From Chrysomallon squamiferum (Eukaryota > Animalia > Mollusca), in the NCBI GenBank assembly GCA_012295275.1, contig CM022677.1:1674001-1738000 (forward strand): DNA of 64,000 nucleotides, given 5' to 3'. Shown in pieces: positions 25,387-38,850 of the stretch. Made by a program: the position numbers and the translations under genes. A model generated the notes under the pieces. That model saw nothing but the letters and a program-made list of their open reading frames with translations, had not been told where the DNA came from and did no database searches. Numbering within the stretch: position 1 is the first letter of the stretch; the number at the start of each line of letters is the position of its first letter.

Positions 25387-27235
25387 CTGCAATATATATA
25401 TAGTTTAAAAGTTAACGGTCATCTGGAGTTTATCAACACTTAAACTGATTTTAAAACTTCATTTTTTGCTTTATCATTTTATCATTTAATATTTACGATA
25501 TTAAAAAAATCCTAATTATAAAAAAAAAATCCTTTTTTATTTTATTCAACATTTGAGCAATAATACTGGTATTCTGGCTTTTTTATATATTCACAATCCT
25601 TAATTTTCCCGTTTATCGTGAGCATTTTGCAGAGTAAAACAGTTGCCTTTGCTTAGAGCAGAAGAAACAGTAATGAACAGGGATGCTTGCTTGAGTGTTG
25701 TAGAGTGTGAAGGTTAGAAACAGAATAGTGAATCTATCTGATTTGCACTTTAGCAGTCAGTTATGTTATATTTTATTATTTACTATCAGAAAAACATATT
25801 ACTGTAATTCAAACTAATAACTCCGAAATAAAGTTTACCATTTCACAAGGTTTAAAAAATTAACTGTTATATGTGGAAAAAACATCTTGTGTAGTTAACT
25901 GTTATATGTGGAAAAAACATCTTGCGTAGTTAAAGTGTGAATCTTATCTAATTCGCAGTTGTGCAGAGAAAGTCTGATTGTAATCATACCTGGATACACA
26001 GCTACTGTGACAAAGATGGATGATCTTGTCTTTCTCTAACATAAAACCTGATTATCTATGAACCTATTTTCATTAGCTGCATTTGTTTACATATATTAAC
26101 TATAGATACTTTATTAATGTATATTTTTTATACAATCTATACTCTTTCAGATTATCTAGTTCATATATATAAATAGAGAAAATATAAAATAATTACAAAT
26201 ATTAGAGAGGTTTAGCATAGACATAATGTGTTCATATATTGATTACATATGGACCTTACAGTACAGGTCATATACATAACTCACTTTCAGTTTAGCTTCC
26301 ACATAAAACACTAAGTTTGTATCAAAATAGTTCAAGAAAGGGAAGTAACTATAGCTCTAGAACTCTTAAAAAGCTTTATTTGAATATATGTAGCTTTGGT
26401 TTTAACATGTATATAAAACACATTGTTTATATTGCCAAATGACCAAAATCAATTACTGGTTCTCCATAGTTTTTGAAAGAAAAATGCAAGCAAATTTTAT
26501 TCAGATAAATATTCGTAGTCTTGTTCATATCAAAGTTATCAAAGATGCCTTTGAGTGATTTTAATCTGTTTTTATTGTTTTTTTTCTTATACATAATTTA
26601 ATATGAAAATACATTTTTTGAAAATGTTGTAACATACAAGTTATTTGTTATTTGTTTCTCTTACAGTAGCATAGTACACACAAAACTACAGACTGGCTAG
26701 AATTTTTGTTTGCAAACAAATACATTTTCAGTCTATTTCTCAGCAAGAATCTAAACAACATTTTAAGGTAATATAAGGGTCATCAACATTAATTTACAAC
26801 TTTTCAAGCATATATTAGTTTGAATTTAGCACCTGAAATTGTAATCTCATTCAGCCAAAGGTACGCAAGTCCAACCACAGCTTTTTTGGAGAGAAGAGAT
26901 CTGTCTTTAGCAATCATTTATGTGAAATGCACATATGTAACTACTTCACTATGCATAAACATGCACATTTAGGCATGTCCTATATTGAGAAGATCTCACA
27001 AAAAAAGACAATACAGATTTGGTATATGAAAGTTACGTCTATGCTAAACCTCTCTATTAAATAAATATGTATTAATAACTGCCAATATATGAAAATAATT
27101 AACGTTCTCTTTGACTGTCTGCAATACCTGTTTACAAACATTCAGTGACAGTTTCTAAATTGTAAAAGTTATGTTGCATTAATAAGCAGCCAAGATGTGG
27201 TCAGTTTACAGCTTTTAAATTTGTACAGCTGTGTG

Positions 27236-27424
27236 GCTTCGCTCTTCACTTTGATTTTGTGGTTTTCACCACATATGCAGGAATCTTGTAGCTAGGGGCT
27301 TCACTCTTCACTCTGATTTTGTGGTTTTCACCACATATGCAGGAATCTTGTAGCTAGGGGCTTCACTCTTCACTCTGATTTTGTGGTTTTCACCACATAT
27401 GCAGGAATCTTGTACTAGGGGCTT
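27236..27424. repeat. 62-bp tandem repeat x3 inside the transposase 5' exon
   Basis: GCTTCACTCTTCACTCTGATTTTGTGGTTTTCACCACATATGCAGGAATCTTGTA at 27236, 27298 and 27360. Confidence 0.93.
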
Positions 27425-27663
27425 AGGGGTTGTGAGACAGTTAAAGTAAAAATCCTTGGTTTGGGAGCAATGAACTGGCTGTTCTGTTTCATGAACACAG
27501 AGGTAATGGGAAGGTGTGAGGGAGAACATGAAACTTTGGCCTTGTTTTTATAAGCATTTGGCTGCATGATGTTGTAAGAAACATTTCTCCTTGTTTTGTT
27601 TTGTTTTGTTTTGAGTGTTTTGTTTCTTTGATGTTGTCATTAGGCAGTGTAATAACAACAGAC

Positions 27664-28091
27664 TGTGTCATTAACAACATACTGTTTAATCTGTGTGTGT
27701 GTCTTTAACAACATACTGTTTAATCTGTGTGTGTGTCATTAACAACATACTGTTTAATCTGTGTGTGTGTGTCTTTAACAACATACTGTTTAATCTGTGT
27801 GTGTGTCTTTAACAACATACTGTTTAATCTGTGTGTGTGTCTTTAACAACATACTGTTTAATCTGTGTGTGTGTCTTTAACAACATACTGTTTAATCTGT
27901 GTGTGTGTCTTTAACAACATACTGTTTAATCTGTGTGTGTCTTTAACAACATACTGTTTAATCTGTGTGTGTGTCTTTAACAACATACTGTTTAATCTGT
28001 GTGTGTGTCTTTAACAACATACTGTTTAATCTGTGTGTGTGTCATTAACAACTGTTTACTGTTTAATCTGTTTAATCTGTGTGTGTGTCTT
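27664..28091. repeat. ~34-bp minisatellite with variable (TG)n core, ~12 copies
   Basis: Unit TAACAACATACTGTTTAATCTGTGTGTGTGTCTT. Confidence 0.95.
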
Positions 28092-28142
28092 GGGCAATTT
28101 CATATGTAAATAAGAACAATTAAAATATCCTCAAAGCAGAGA

Positions 28143-28224
28143 AAAATGTATTTATCCGATGAATGTAGATCGATAAATATATATATATCTATATCGATCT
28201 ACATTTGTCAGATAAATGCATTTT
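28143..28224. repeat. Palindrome, 33-bp arms around an (AT)n loop
   Basis: AAAATGTATTTATCCGATGAATGTAGATCGATA ... TATCGATCTACATTTGTCAGATAAATGCATTTT (4 mismatches). Confidence 0.9.
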
Positions 28225-28280
28225 GTTATAAAAATTAATAAACTTTATATTTACTATTGGTGTTAAATATTTTGTTGTAG

Positions 28281-28656
28281 GTCACTGTAGTGTTATTCAG
28301 GTGCTGTCTAGAAAGTGAATTTACATCATGGAGAAGGATGAATCAGCTGTTACAGAAACCATTCTCAGTTGTGAGTTTAATTTATTTTACTTTTGTGTTG
28401 TCAACAGAAAAATAAGTTTTGTAATAGTTCTTAATTAATTATAAAATAGTGTAATAATATTCAGTTATTTGCTGTTGTTTTGTTGCATTACTCGGTCACA
28501 TAATTTATTAATCACAAAGCATGTCGGAAGTATTAGTTATTTATTTATAACTGTTTGTTTATTATTGCTTTTTACTTTTTTAGCTCTAATTGATGTGCTG
28601 ATGTTGGTGTATACCAGTGAATTTGTTTCAGTAGAACATGCTGTTCAAGCCATTAG
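28281..28656 (+). pseudogene. Two phase-compatible exons (28281-28370, 28584-28656) of an unknown gene fragment
   Basis: tgtag|...|gtgagt and ttttag|...|gtatgt. Spliced frame HCSVIQVLSRK*IYIMEKDESAVTETILSSLIDVLMLVYTSEFVSVEHAVQAIR with one TGA. Confidence 0.5.
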
Positions 28657-31609
28657 GTATGTGGTTGTTTTTATTTATTCATTTATTTATTAATTTTTTT
28701 ATATTATCTTGTTAAATACTAAAATTTGAAATCATTTTTCTAATTAAAATGAGTTTGTTTGGCTCTGTTAAAGTTTATTTATTTTATTTGTTTGATAATA
28801 TATGGTAAATTAGATTTCAGTTAAAGCTGAGATGTATTTAAAGGCATTCATCCTTCTGCTTTGATTACTAAGTGATAGTTGAAAAGAAGGATAAGTATTA
28901 TGATGATTGCAGTTAAATTTGTAAATGTAAGAATGTATGAGAGAAGGAGAGAAGATGAAGGATGGCAAGTTGATGTTGTTTCTGTTGAAGTTTCCTTACC
29001 CTCTGTTCCTGTTGCAGAAGATAGTGATGTTGATGGTTCTGTGATGGTTTACATGGACAGAAACAACATGTAAACGGCAGAGTGCTGTTGAAGTCTGTGT
29101 TCTTGGGAAAATAAGCTGATGTTTGTTTAAACACTTCATTTGTTATGCTGCCAAATGAAAGCACTTGGCAGATGACTGAGAGGACAGTGCATGACGGTGG
29201 CAAACACAACAGCCAGGAAGTTGAAGAGCAGGTGACGTCTGAAACTGAAGCTGGATGAGAAGAGAAAGGAAACAGAGAAGAAAACAGCAGAACAAGATGA
29301 GACAGAAACTTGGGAAGGCAGTGTTCATGAGAGAGATGTCTCGCCACACTGACAATACGAAGGACTGAGCTAGTCCTTTACCTGACTCATACAGCAGAGT
29401 GGGACAATGCAGTATCAGAGACTGTAACAGTTGCTGTCTTCTCGCAGTGCTGGAGTCAGGAATTGTTTTCCCAATCTACACATCAAACTGTGACATAGGA
29501 AATATGAGGTGTTAATGCTCAGAAAATACGTTTTGGTTCACCCAGTACATCAGTGTGTGTCTCTTAGGCTGATGTTTTCACTTCTATTTTGACAGTGTAA
29601 AGAAAAATTCCTGACAGACTGAGTAAATGTTTATAATCTCTTACTGACTAGATAAAATGGGTGAAATCTGTTTTGTTTTTCTGTTTTTCAAACACAAATA
29701 AATAAATGTATATAATCAAATTCCTCAACTAGTCTGTGATTTTTTAATTTTTTTTTCTCTCTGTGTTACAGATGTTTCATGTACTCACCCTGAATCAGAA
29801 AATTCAAATAATTTTGTACATAACATATAAAAATTTATAATGTTTATTAAGTTTTGGTTAATGTGCCAAAACTATGTAAATAAAAATATTCCTCACCTTA
29901 GGATGTTTGATAATGCTAGCTAAAAATATTAAATTAAAAATAGAATACAAAATAATTTGAAATATTTATTTCAACAAGAAAACAAGTTAATATCAAAACT
30001 ACTTTTTTATATAAAAAAACTTAATTTTAGAAAACTCTCATAAAATTCCTTACATAAAATTTAGAAAAGCATCATGTTACATATTTTTGAACTTTTAAAT
30101 TAAAAATGTTTTAAAATGTTTCATACGGTTTTTCAGATGAGAGCCAAGAGTGCTGAAAAATATAAAAATACCAAGATTTCTGATCTATCCAACAAAAGTA
30201 TAATAATAAAATGTACAAAATGAAATAAAAAATAACCAAGATATTTGTTTACTAAAAAGTTAAAAGCTCAATAAATAACGTAATCTGAAAATTATTTATT
30301 CAGAAAATTTATAATTTCTGATTTATCTTCCAAAACACAGAAAATTATCTACTTCCATTTTATGTTTTATTAAGATATGTTTATTGACTAAATCTTTACC
30401 AGAAGTCTTCGTATTCTTTGTTATTTTATATTTGGATTTTTATGATTAAGTAGAGTTTTGTTTAAAAAAAAAATTAAATTAAAAGAAGAATAAAAATAAA
30501 AAAAAAATGAAATTATCTCCCTGGACCAAACACTTTTATATAAAATGTGTATTTTTTTTTTCAAAGCAGTAATCAAGGATTTCTAACATAAATCATGTTT
30601 GAAAATTAAAGAATTTTTTTTTTTTTACACAGACCTGACTGAACTTGCTGCTGTGTCTGGTCCAAACATTATGTATATTGGTCTGTATGTAACTATATCT
30701 TGTATGAACAACATTTTGACTTCCAATCTGAAATCACAGTTTTATAAATTATTCAGTAAGTAGTCCATGACTCAGACAAGTAATGTTTTTAAACTTTGTT
30801 TGGTGTGGATTATTCTAGAGTTCTAAGTATTCCCCAAGCATTCAGCTTCTTTTTATTTTTTGTTGAGATGTTTCATTTTCTGTTATTTCTTCTGCTTGCT
30901 TAGTTCACTATGATCGGAAAACTTGAAAAACTTTGAGACAAGTAGAGAAGCCATTTAGAATGAATGGATGATTATCATTAGCACTTCTTATTATAAAAAT
31001 TTAAAACAAAAATAAATATGTCTTTATTAAAATAATATTCAGAATGGTATACACAGTATTAATATGTTCTTGATTATGTAAGTTCACCTCTGAATGTGGA
31101 TTATACAATATGACATGTAAAATGAAGACAAGATATAAATCAAATCTGATGTTTTGTGACTTAATAGTACAGAGCTGTGCTAAGAAGTAACAGATTTTTA
31201 TATCAATCTTGAGTTTGGGAGTCTGTTACTCATGTATTAAAAAATGTAACTGAAAACTGAGCATAAAAATAGCTGTCTTAATTAACAGTGAAAATGTAGA
31301 GTTTTTCTCTCACAAAAATAATAATTAACTATTATCTGAAACAGACCATTTAAAATTAATTTTCACACTTCATGGTTACTGAAAGGCCTTAGGGAAAAGT
31401 TTATTAAAAATTGTGAGAGAAAATTTCACATTTATTTACCAGTCAAGCAGACAGTTAAACTAACGTGATGTGAAGAATCTGCTGTAAATAGATTTCTGTA
31501 CTCTGTATACAACACCAGCTTGTGTCCAAAACATCAGACATGACATTCATGCATTTAAAACAAAAATGTCTGTAATACTACAAATGTGATGTACATACAG
31601 TTTACTTAC

Positions 31610-33226
31610 CAATCACTCAGCCTGTTAAAACAGCACTCATGTAAAACATCTGATGGTCTGTAACTGTCCTGTGATTTCTTTGCTGTAAGAATCTGCTGTA
31701 AATAGATTTCTGTACTCTGTGGTGATTCTGATATAACATCCAGCTTGTTTCTGAAAATAAAACATTAAATTGTACATTTTTGTAGAACAACTATTATAAT
31801 TTTATTTCTTCATTTGAATTTGGAATGATGTTTTCAACAAATATGTATCTCAAGTGAAATAAAATAAAGTCAAGTTGTAAAATTTATTAAAATATTTCTT
31901 ACGTTCCTGAATTTTTTATTATCTAGGTATGTGTGTTTAACACAAGTTTGAACAAATCAAATCAGAACCTTTAAGTATAAATCTAATAATTTTCAAAATA
32001 AATCAATGATAATTTTATTTTTTTAAATTTTTTTTTTATTTTTTAAATTGATAACAAATAAAATCTATAATCTTTATCTTATTCTAAATTTTAAATTTAA
32101 ACTTTCTAAAATACATGTTCAATTGACTATTTCCTCTTACAGCTATATTATCACAATTGCTAAATCAATGACAAAGTCTGCATTTACAAATAAACATTAA
32201 AATTATATGTAATAATATTAATATTAAAACATTCTCAGATGAAATTATACCCAGCATCTGTTTACAAACATGTTGAGTACATCTGAGTGTCTGAGTCTGT
32301 ACAAATTTCTCTTAACAGTCAGGACTGGAGAAGTGATTGTTCTTAACTGAACTCTTCACTACACACATGATCAAGTGGTCATCCTTGGCCTGAAGGAACC
32401 TGGCCTTTTTTCTTGACAGCAAGGGCTTGTTTATCCTGTAAAGTGATAAATTACATTTGTTGGTTCCTAAAACTTAACAAAAAAGTGAGTTAACTAAGAA
32501 AAATGTAACACTGATTATTGATAACTCTAATAAATAAAATTACAGTTAACTAAAAAAAAAATGAAGTATTTAATTTATCACTGGTAATCTCTGGAAACAA
32601 AAATATTAAAATATAAATTGTTTAGTCAGAATAAATTTGTTTTACTCAGATTTATCTGTATTTTATTACTGTTCATAACAAACAAAAAGGAAAATTTCAT
32701 GGTTTTTTTTTTCAGTTTAGTGACAAAACTTTCATTGTGTCAAACATTTTTCTTAAAAAAGATTATTTTCCATGAATAAAATAAAAAAATATTTAGGATG
32801 GATGAAAAGTATTTTTTTTTGTTTATGATAATTTTACTTCTTTCTGTTTTTAAAAACAATAAATTCATTTCCTTGTATTTTTATTTATTTTGTTTCATCT
32901 TCAAAACATCAGATTTTTTATGTAAAATTTGTTTAATAATAATTTAGGATGTTTAATGTTATAGTGGCTTAATCATATCTGTAAAACGAATACAAAAAAT
33001 GAATTTCAAACCACTGGTCTGTAAAAACATTCTGCACAGACAACACAGACACAACTGTGATAATTCCAGAACTACAGGCCAAGTGAAATGACATAACAAA
33101 CATCTTGGATAATATGGACTCCAGTGGAAATTCAACCATCTATAAATACAACATACAAAACAAATATATAACAAATATACATGATTAATAGTTGTAAAAG
33201 ATTTTACAACAAGAACAACAACAACG

Positions 33227-33287
<61 letters not shown>

Positions 33288-33890
33288 GAACAATAACAAC
33301 TGTATTTTACTTGAAAATACCAGTATGAATCCTATTAGCTGATAAATATGTATACTATAGTATATTTATATAGAAATGTCTTTCACACACAATAAAATTT
33401 AAATTAAATTTAAATATACCTATCCACTTCATAACAGCAAGTTTATTAAAAATGTGTATATACATATATATTTTTAAATATTACTTGGCGAAATAAATAT
33501 ACAGGCCTATATTGTATAATATACTGTACACACACACACTGTAATACAGGGCTTGAAATGGCCAAAGTTCCGTTTGGGCGACTTGACCTGTTTATCTATA
33601 ATATTAATGACTTTATCTCAAATATTGATTTCACATAAACGGTTTGCTCGTAGTTCGATAAATTGGATGTACCGGCTTACCTTAATTTGCCAACATCTTT
33701 TATAAACATTAACTTTGAAAGCCGGATATCAGTTGACTGTAGTCTTGGTAAAAAAAACGCGAGACTCGCTGACCCAGTATCGTACAACTGGTCGTGACCA
33801 TTCGGATCATTCCGGACCTTCCCGAATGCCGTCTTAGCTTCTGTCGTCTGCGACAATAGACAGGAAACTACCTCATGGTCTGAAACCAAT
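31610..33890 (-). other. Exon-like chain (~33890-33681, 32435-32251, 31750-31610): pseudogene or lncRNA
   Basis: GC-richer islands bounded by pyrimidine-rich AG acceptors and GT donors (gtaagc, gtataa, gtaagt). No continuous stop-free frame; part of the third exon is duplicated at ~31440-31525. Confidence 0.4.
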
Positions 33891-35397
33891 ATTAATTTCA
33901 ACCAATTTTGTGATAAAGAGATAAACACATTAATAACTTGTTAAGTACCTAAACCGAGCAGGTTCACGTGTGAACTGTTTTTAAATTTTATTATTTTACA
34001 TATAATAAATAAATAAATAAATAAATAAATAAACAAAATAATAGGGCTGTTTCAATAGTTATTAGACTGAAAAGAAAAGTGATTTGCTTTATTTACTTTC
34101 TATTATATTTGTTTTTCCTAAATATTTGCTTTCTTTCTTTTCGTTTCTTTTTATTTATTTATTTATTATTAATTTTTTGTCTACAGATTTCTAATACTGT
34201 TTAACTGTTATTCCTGGATAATTTATCTCAGTTCAGACGTATATAGTTCTTGGAGTTTATTAAATTCAAAATAAATGTTAATAACATTTTATTTAGAAAA
34301 TGAATGATAGTTTTGATCTACTGGATGAAGTATTGGATCTTTAGATAAAGTTAATTTCATGTTACGGTATTATGTTTAGATAAATCATTTGCTTTTTGTT
34401 AGTTGTCAAGAATTACTTTATAAATGTATGGTATTTACTAATCTTTGTATTCTTTTCTTAACACTGTATGCTAATAATTAAAATATTTAGGATTATAAGT
34501 AAAGTAATACTCCAAAAAGAAAAAACTAATATATATATAGAAGATAAAAAACCTGAAATAAAAACCACCAACACCTATAATATTACACCTTTACATAAAT
34601 ACCTTAAAGGTTATCTGCTTAAACTGAGATATAAAGCTTAACAAAGTAGGTAACCAAATACATTGAACTCTTCACATGTGAGACAACACATTTCCTGAGA
34701 ATTCACTTCATTTGTTATCACAGTCAGTATAAAATGTCATCCAGTCACAGATACATATTTATTTCACAGAATATAAGAGGAAAAAAATAAATCACACCAA
34801 AAAACACTGGTCTCTACATGATACTCATGAATAGCATATATAATCATAATGTTACATATGAACAATACAGCAATATAAATTAACAGTATTTACTAAAACT
34901 GAAGGTTTTGCAAGTATATAAACTCTGAAGTATAATATTGGCTGCTACAGAGATATAAACAAACAGTAAGAGAAAGTAAACCTATTTTTATATGAGCATT
35001 GACCCAACACAGCTGATCTTCAAGCAAAAACACTGAAAATAAAAACAACATTTTAAATGTTTATTTGAAATAAATTAACGTTAACGTAAACAAGTATTAA
35101 TAACAATAAACCGAAGAATAAAATAATATAATAAAAAATATAAATAAATAAATTTATTTATTAATTAATTAATAATTAATATCAGTTAATAAAAATAATA
35201 AATAAAGAAATTAAATGTAAAAATATGAAATATCAAATGAAATAAAATGCAATTTATAATAATAATAATAATAATAATAATTCAGAAAAATGTATTACTC
35301 ATTATGTAGCAACAAAAATGTAAAACATCAAAACGAAACAATAATGATAATGATAATAAATTTAAAATAGAAAAATAACTACCAAAAACGAAATAAT

Positions 35398-35430
<33 letters not shown>

Positions 35431-35539
35431 AACAATAACAACAACTACTACTACTACTACTACTAATAATAATAATAAAATACACAAGCGGAAAAAACAA
35501 AAAACACAATATTTCACACACAGATGTTTTATATCCGTC

Positions 35540-35984
35540 TTCTCTCTCTCTAACATACACAACTCAATGACACACCCACTTTATTTCAAATAAAGATGTA
35601 CAGTATACATATAAAATGTGTAACTCTAAGAGGTAAGTCTTGTGTTACCCACAAATATACACCAATACACAAACATACATACACGATCCAAACAAACACA
35701 CACCAACACACAGACAAACACATACCAACACACAAACACACACCAACACACAAACAGACAAACACACACCAACACACACCAACACACAGACAAGCACACA
35801 CCGACACACCAACACACACCAACACAAACACACGCCAACACAGAAACAAACACACACCAACACACACACAAATACACACCAACACACAGACAGACACACA
35901 CAGCAACACACAAACAAACACACACCAACACACAGACAGACACACACCGATACATAAGGACTCGCGCGCTTCCTCTTCCTGTAA

Positions 35985-36077
<93 letters not shown>

Positions 36078-36800
36078 GTTATTATTATTATTATTATTTT
36101 TTTTTTATTTTTATTTTTTTTTTTAATATTATTATTATTATTTTTTAAAGCGTTTCGAAAAAACATGCTTGTCGAAGAAGGCTATTTTTAATTTAAATCC
36201 GATAATATATTAACAAAACTGAAAGGTTTACTTACATATTATCCTCGGTGACTGCGTTATATTTCTGTAAAGGTAAAACAGATTATAAGTAAATTCATTT
36301 TAATAATATTAAACAAACAACGAAATAGAGAGGAGAAAACAAAAATCAAGCCACATAAAATAATTAAAAATTAAAATATTTTGTTAAAATAAAGTTCAAT
36401 TCGTTGTCCACTATGCTGTATGTCACAGTGTATGTTAGTAAATAAATCTGATTGTAATGATAGAAAACGTGTTGTTACTTCTTCCTTTCAATCTTCTTGT
36501 GTCACAACTAATTTTAAGTATTCCACTATCTGCTGACCTTATATCTACTAGAAACACTGTCACTACTAGTTTGTCAATTTACTTACTGTTTATTATTTCA
36601 AACATTTTCATTACTTACTCATTAAGTAACTTATCTACTTAGCGTTTACACTAGAAACATTCTCACTACTTACTTAGTGGAACTAGAAACATTGTCCATA
36701 CAAATTCATGAACTTAGTGAGTGAAACAATGTCACTACTAGTTTATCAGTAAGTTTAGTGTGAAGTACAGAAATATTCTTTCTACTACTTACATAGTCTG
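35540..36800 (-). repeat. Copy 2 of the paralogous segment (micro-exon 36236-36264), including (CA)-rich and (ATT)n tracts
   Basis: Inverted homology to 710-2120: micro-exon, intron, GT-rich tract, CTTTATTTGAAAT...AGTGGGTGTGT. Confidence 0.78.
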
Positions 36801-36904
36801 TGAAACCTTGTTATCATCTTGTTAGTGTGTTTCGTACAACTGACATCAAATAATTCACATTAAAATTCTATTAATATTCTTCTTGCTATAAAATATCATG
36901 TGAC

Positions 36905-37090
36905 ATGTTTGCAGACGTCGAAGCTGACCGGACGCTGCCCAGGCATTGTTAAAACAATTTCACTTCTAATCTTGTCTCGAGCGCCGATGACGTCACGATT
37001 TCACGTTTTTCAAGTCGGTGACTCGAACCGTATCAACTGAACTGACGTACAGAGGAACCGACGTGGCTATCTGCGTATGTACGAAGTACA
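36905..37090. promoter_or_regulatory. CpG-rich patch with a palindromic CRE (TGACGTCA at 36988-36995); possible promoter
   Basis: Local CpG enrichment in a CpG-poor window; lies 5' of paralog copy 2. Confidence 0.35.
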
Positions 37091-37617
37091 TTTCCACGAA
37101 CTTGCTTAGCAGCATGTATGTAGGGAAGGCTGGGGACATACACATCCTAACACTCGTTATATCCTTTCCGAGTTAGTCTCTTCAAATAAAAAAAAAATGT
37201 CATCTTTTTTCTAAAACTCATTATAAAATTGTACAAGTTTTATATCCTTATTGAGGTAAGCAGATAACTAAATATCTAACACCAGGTCTAAACCTACTCG
37301 TAATGAAAATGCGTAACATTAAAGCTAACGGCAAAGCTAAATATGATCCTAATGCTACCTTTAACCCTAATCCTAACCTCGCCATAAAGATACTTCTAAA
37401 CAGTACGACAAACTGATATTTTGGTAAAATAAAACGTAATTTAAGTATTAAATATTTTTATTTTATTTTATTTTATTTTAAAATTAGGTTATGATTTGGG
37501 TTAGATATGATTTACTGACATGAACTGAATTTTCGTTTAAAACATGAAAAATATTATAATAGAATTGAAAAAAAAAGAGTAAATACTTGTCTTCGCTTCC
37601 TAAAAGGACACAATGGG

Positions 37618-37722
<105 letters not shown>

Positions 37723-37869
37723 ACATGTGTGTGTGTTTTGTACGTGTGTATATAGTGGTCTCTGTCAAAAGCGGACTCATTTGGGACAACCGTAGATGTC
37801 ATTTTAGACAGAGTGTCGGCTTATACCACGAAAATTAGGATTTCTTTTACTTCTAAAGTTATTGTTAAG

Positions 37870-38590
37870 CGTCTATCTGAGAAACAGTCTCTCATCGAAG
37901 AAATCGTTTTTTTTTTTTTTTCTATCTGTACTTTTTATTTTCGTGTTTCTGTCTAAACAAACTTCTCTATCATGGCCTCCTTATTTAACATCAGTTACAA
38001 AATCTGCTGTCGATAGAAGCAGCGAAAGATTTAATTTGTTTTATCATTTTAAGAATATCTGTAAGAAAGTTCGGTCACTGTGTCATTGTGTGTATCGTCA
38101 ATTCATTCAGATTTTTGAATTTGTCGGTCGTTACTCTCTACCGAAGTTTAGTTTCGTACAACTGTTTTATAATGTCAAATATTTCCTGTCTTCATATTTT
38201 AAATTGTATTGCCAGGGTTCAAGCGAGAGATCGACTTCTTCTTAGTATTAACCGCCGCAAAGTCAAGTCGCCTTCTTTTTCTCTTTTTATTTATATTTTT
38301 ATTTATTTATTTATTTATTAGTTGAAACTGATCACTAGAAAGTTGAATCTATCGCTACATTTTGCCTCAATTTTGTCCGATGATTTCTTTGTCACATTCT
38401 GCGACCAGTAAGCGGACTTTCTTATAACTTATCTCTTCATCAGAAGCGTTTCTGTAAAAAAAACATGCTTGTGGAACAATGCTATTTTAATTTTAAATCT
38501 GATAATATATTAACAAAATCGATAGGTTTACTTACATATTATCCTCAGTCACTTATTTCTGTAAAAATAATTTTAATAAAAATGGCACCA

Positions 38591-38653
<63 letters not shown>

Positions 38654-38850
38654 TAATACTAATTTCATCACATTATGATATTAAGGTTCACAAACTTGTA
38701 TGTAACATTGTAGATTAGTAAATAAATCTGTAATTTAAAACAAACGTGTTGTTATTTCTTCCTTTTTCAGCCTTAGTGTTAACAACTCTTAACATTGTCA
38801 CTTACATTTATAAAACATTGTCACTACACATTTATTTATAAACTTTCTTA
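37870..38850 (-). pseudogene. Copy 3 of the paralogous segment, with a longer decayed coding exon (starts 38451)
   Basis: Micro-exon with a 6-nt deletion, conserved intron, then NASDEEISYKKVRLLVAECDKEIIGQN* ... KRRRLDFAAVNTKRSRSLA*TLAIQFKI*RQEIFDIIKQLYETKLR*. Family not recognised. Confidence 0.55.

Larger units (their letters stand above)
19604..27650 (-). mobile_element. Large decayed DNA transposon with spliced DDE-type transposase (superfamily not assigned; ends approximate)
   Basis: Frameshifted fragments TLGFDATTQE (D1), GGTADDY, TLTDRCPANH (D2), LNCHLHPLD (CxxH) and HNIDAEEIMGMFS (E), plus a C-terminal Tudor/Spin-like segment. Upstream small exons are phase-compatible; subterminal repeats at ~21000-21460. 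Confidence 0.75.

Noticed and set aside
37960-38280. Formin FH2-like similarity in the copy-3 pseudo-exon (TKRSRSLA.TLAIQFKI.RQEI)
   Set aside because: Only a short by-eye resemblance with no other FH2 motifs; needs a profile search.
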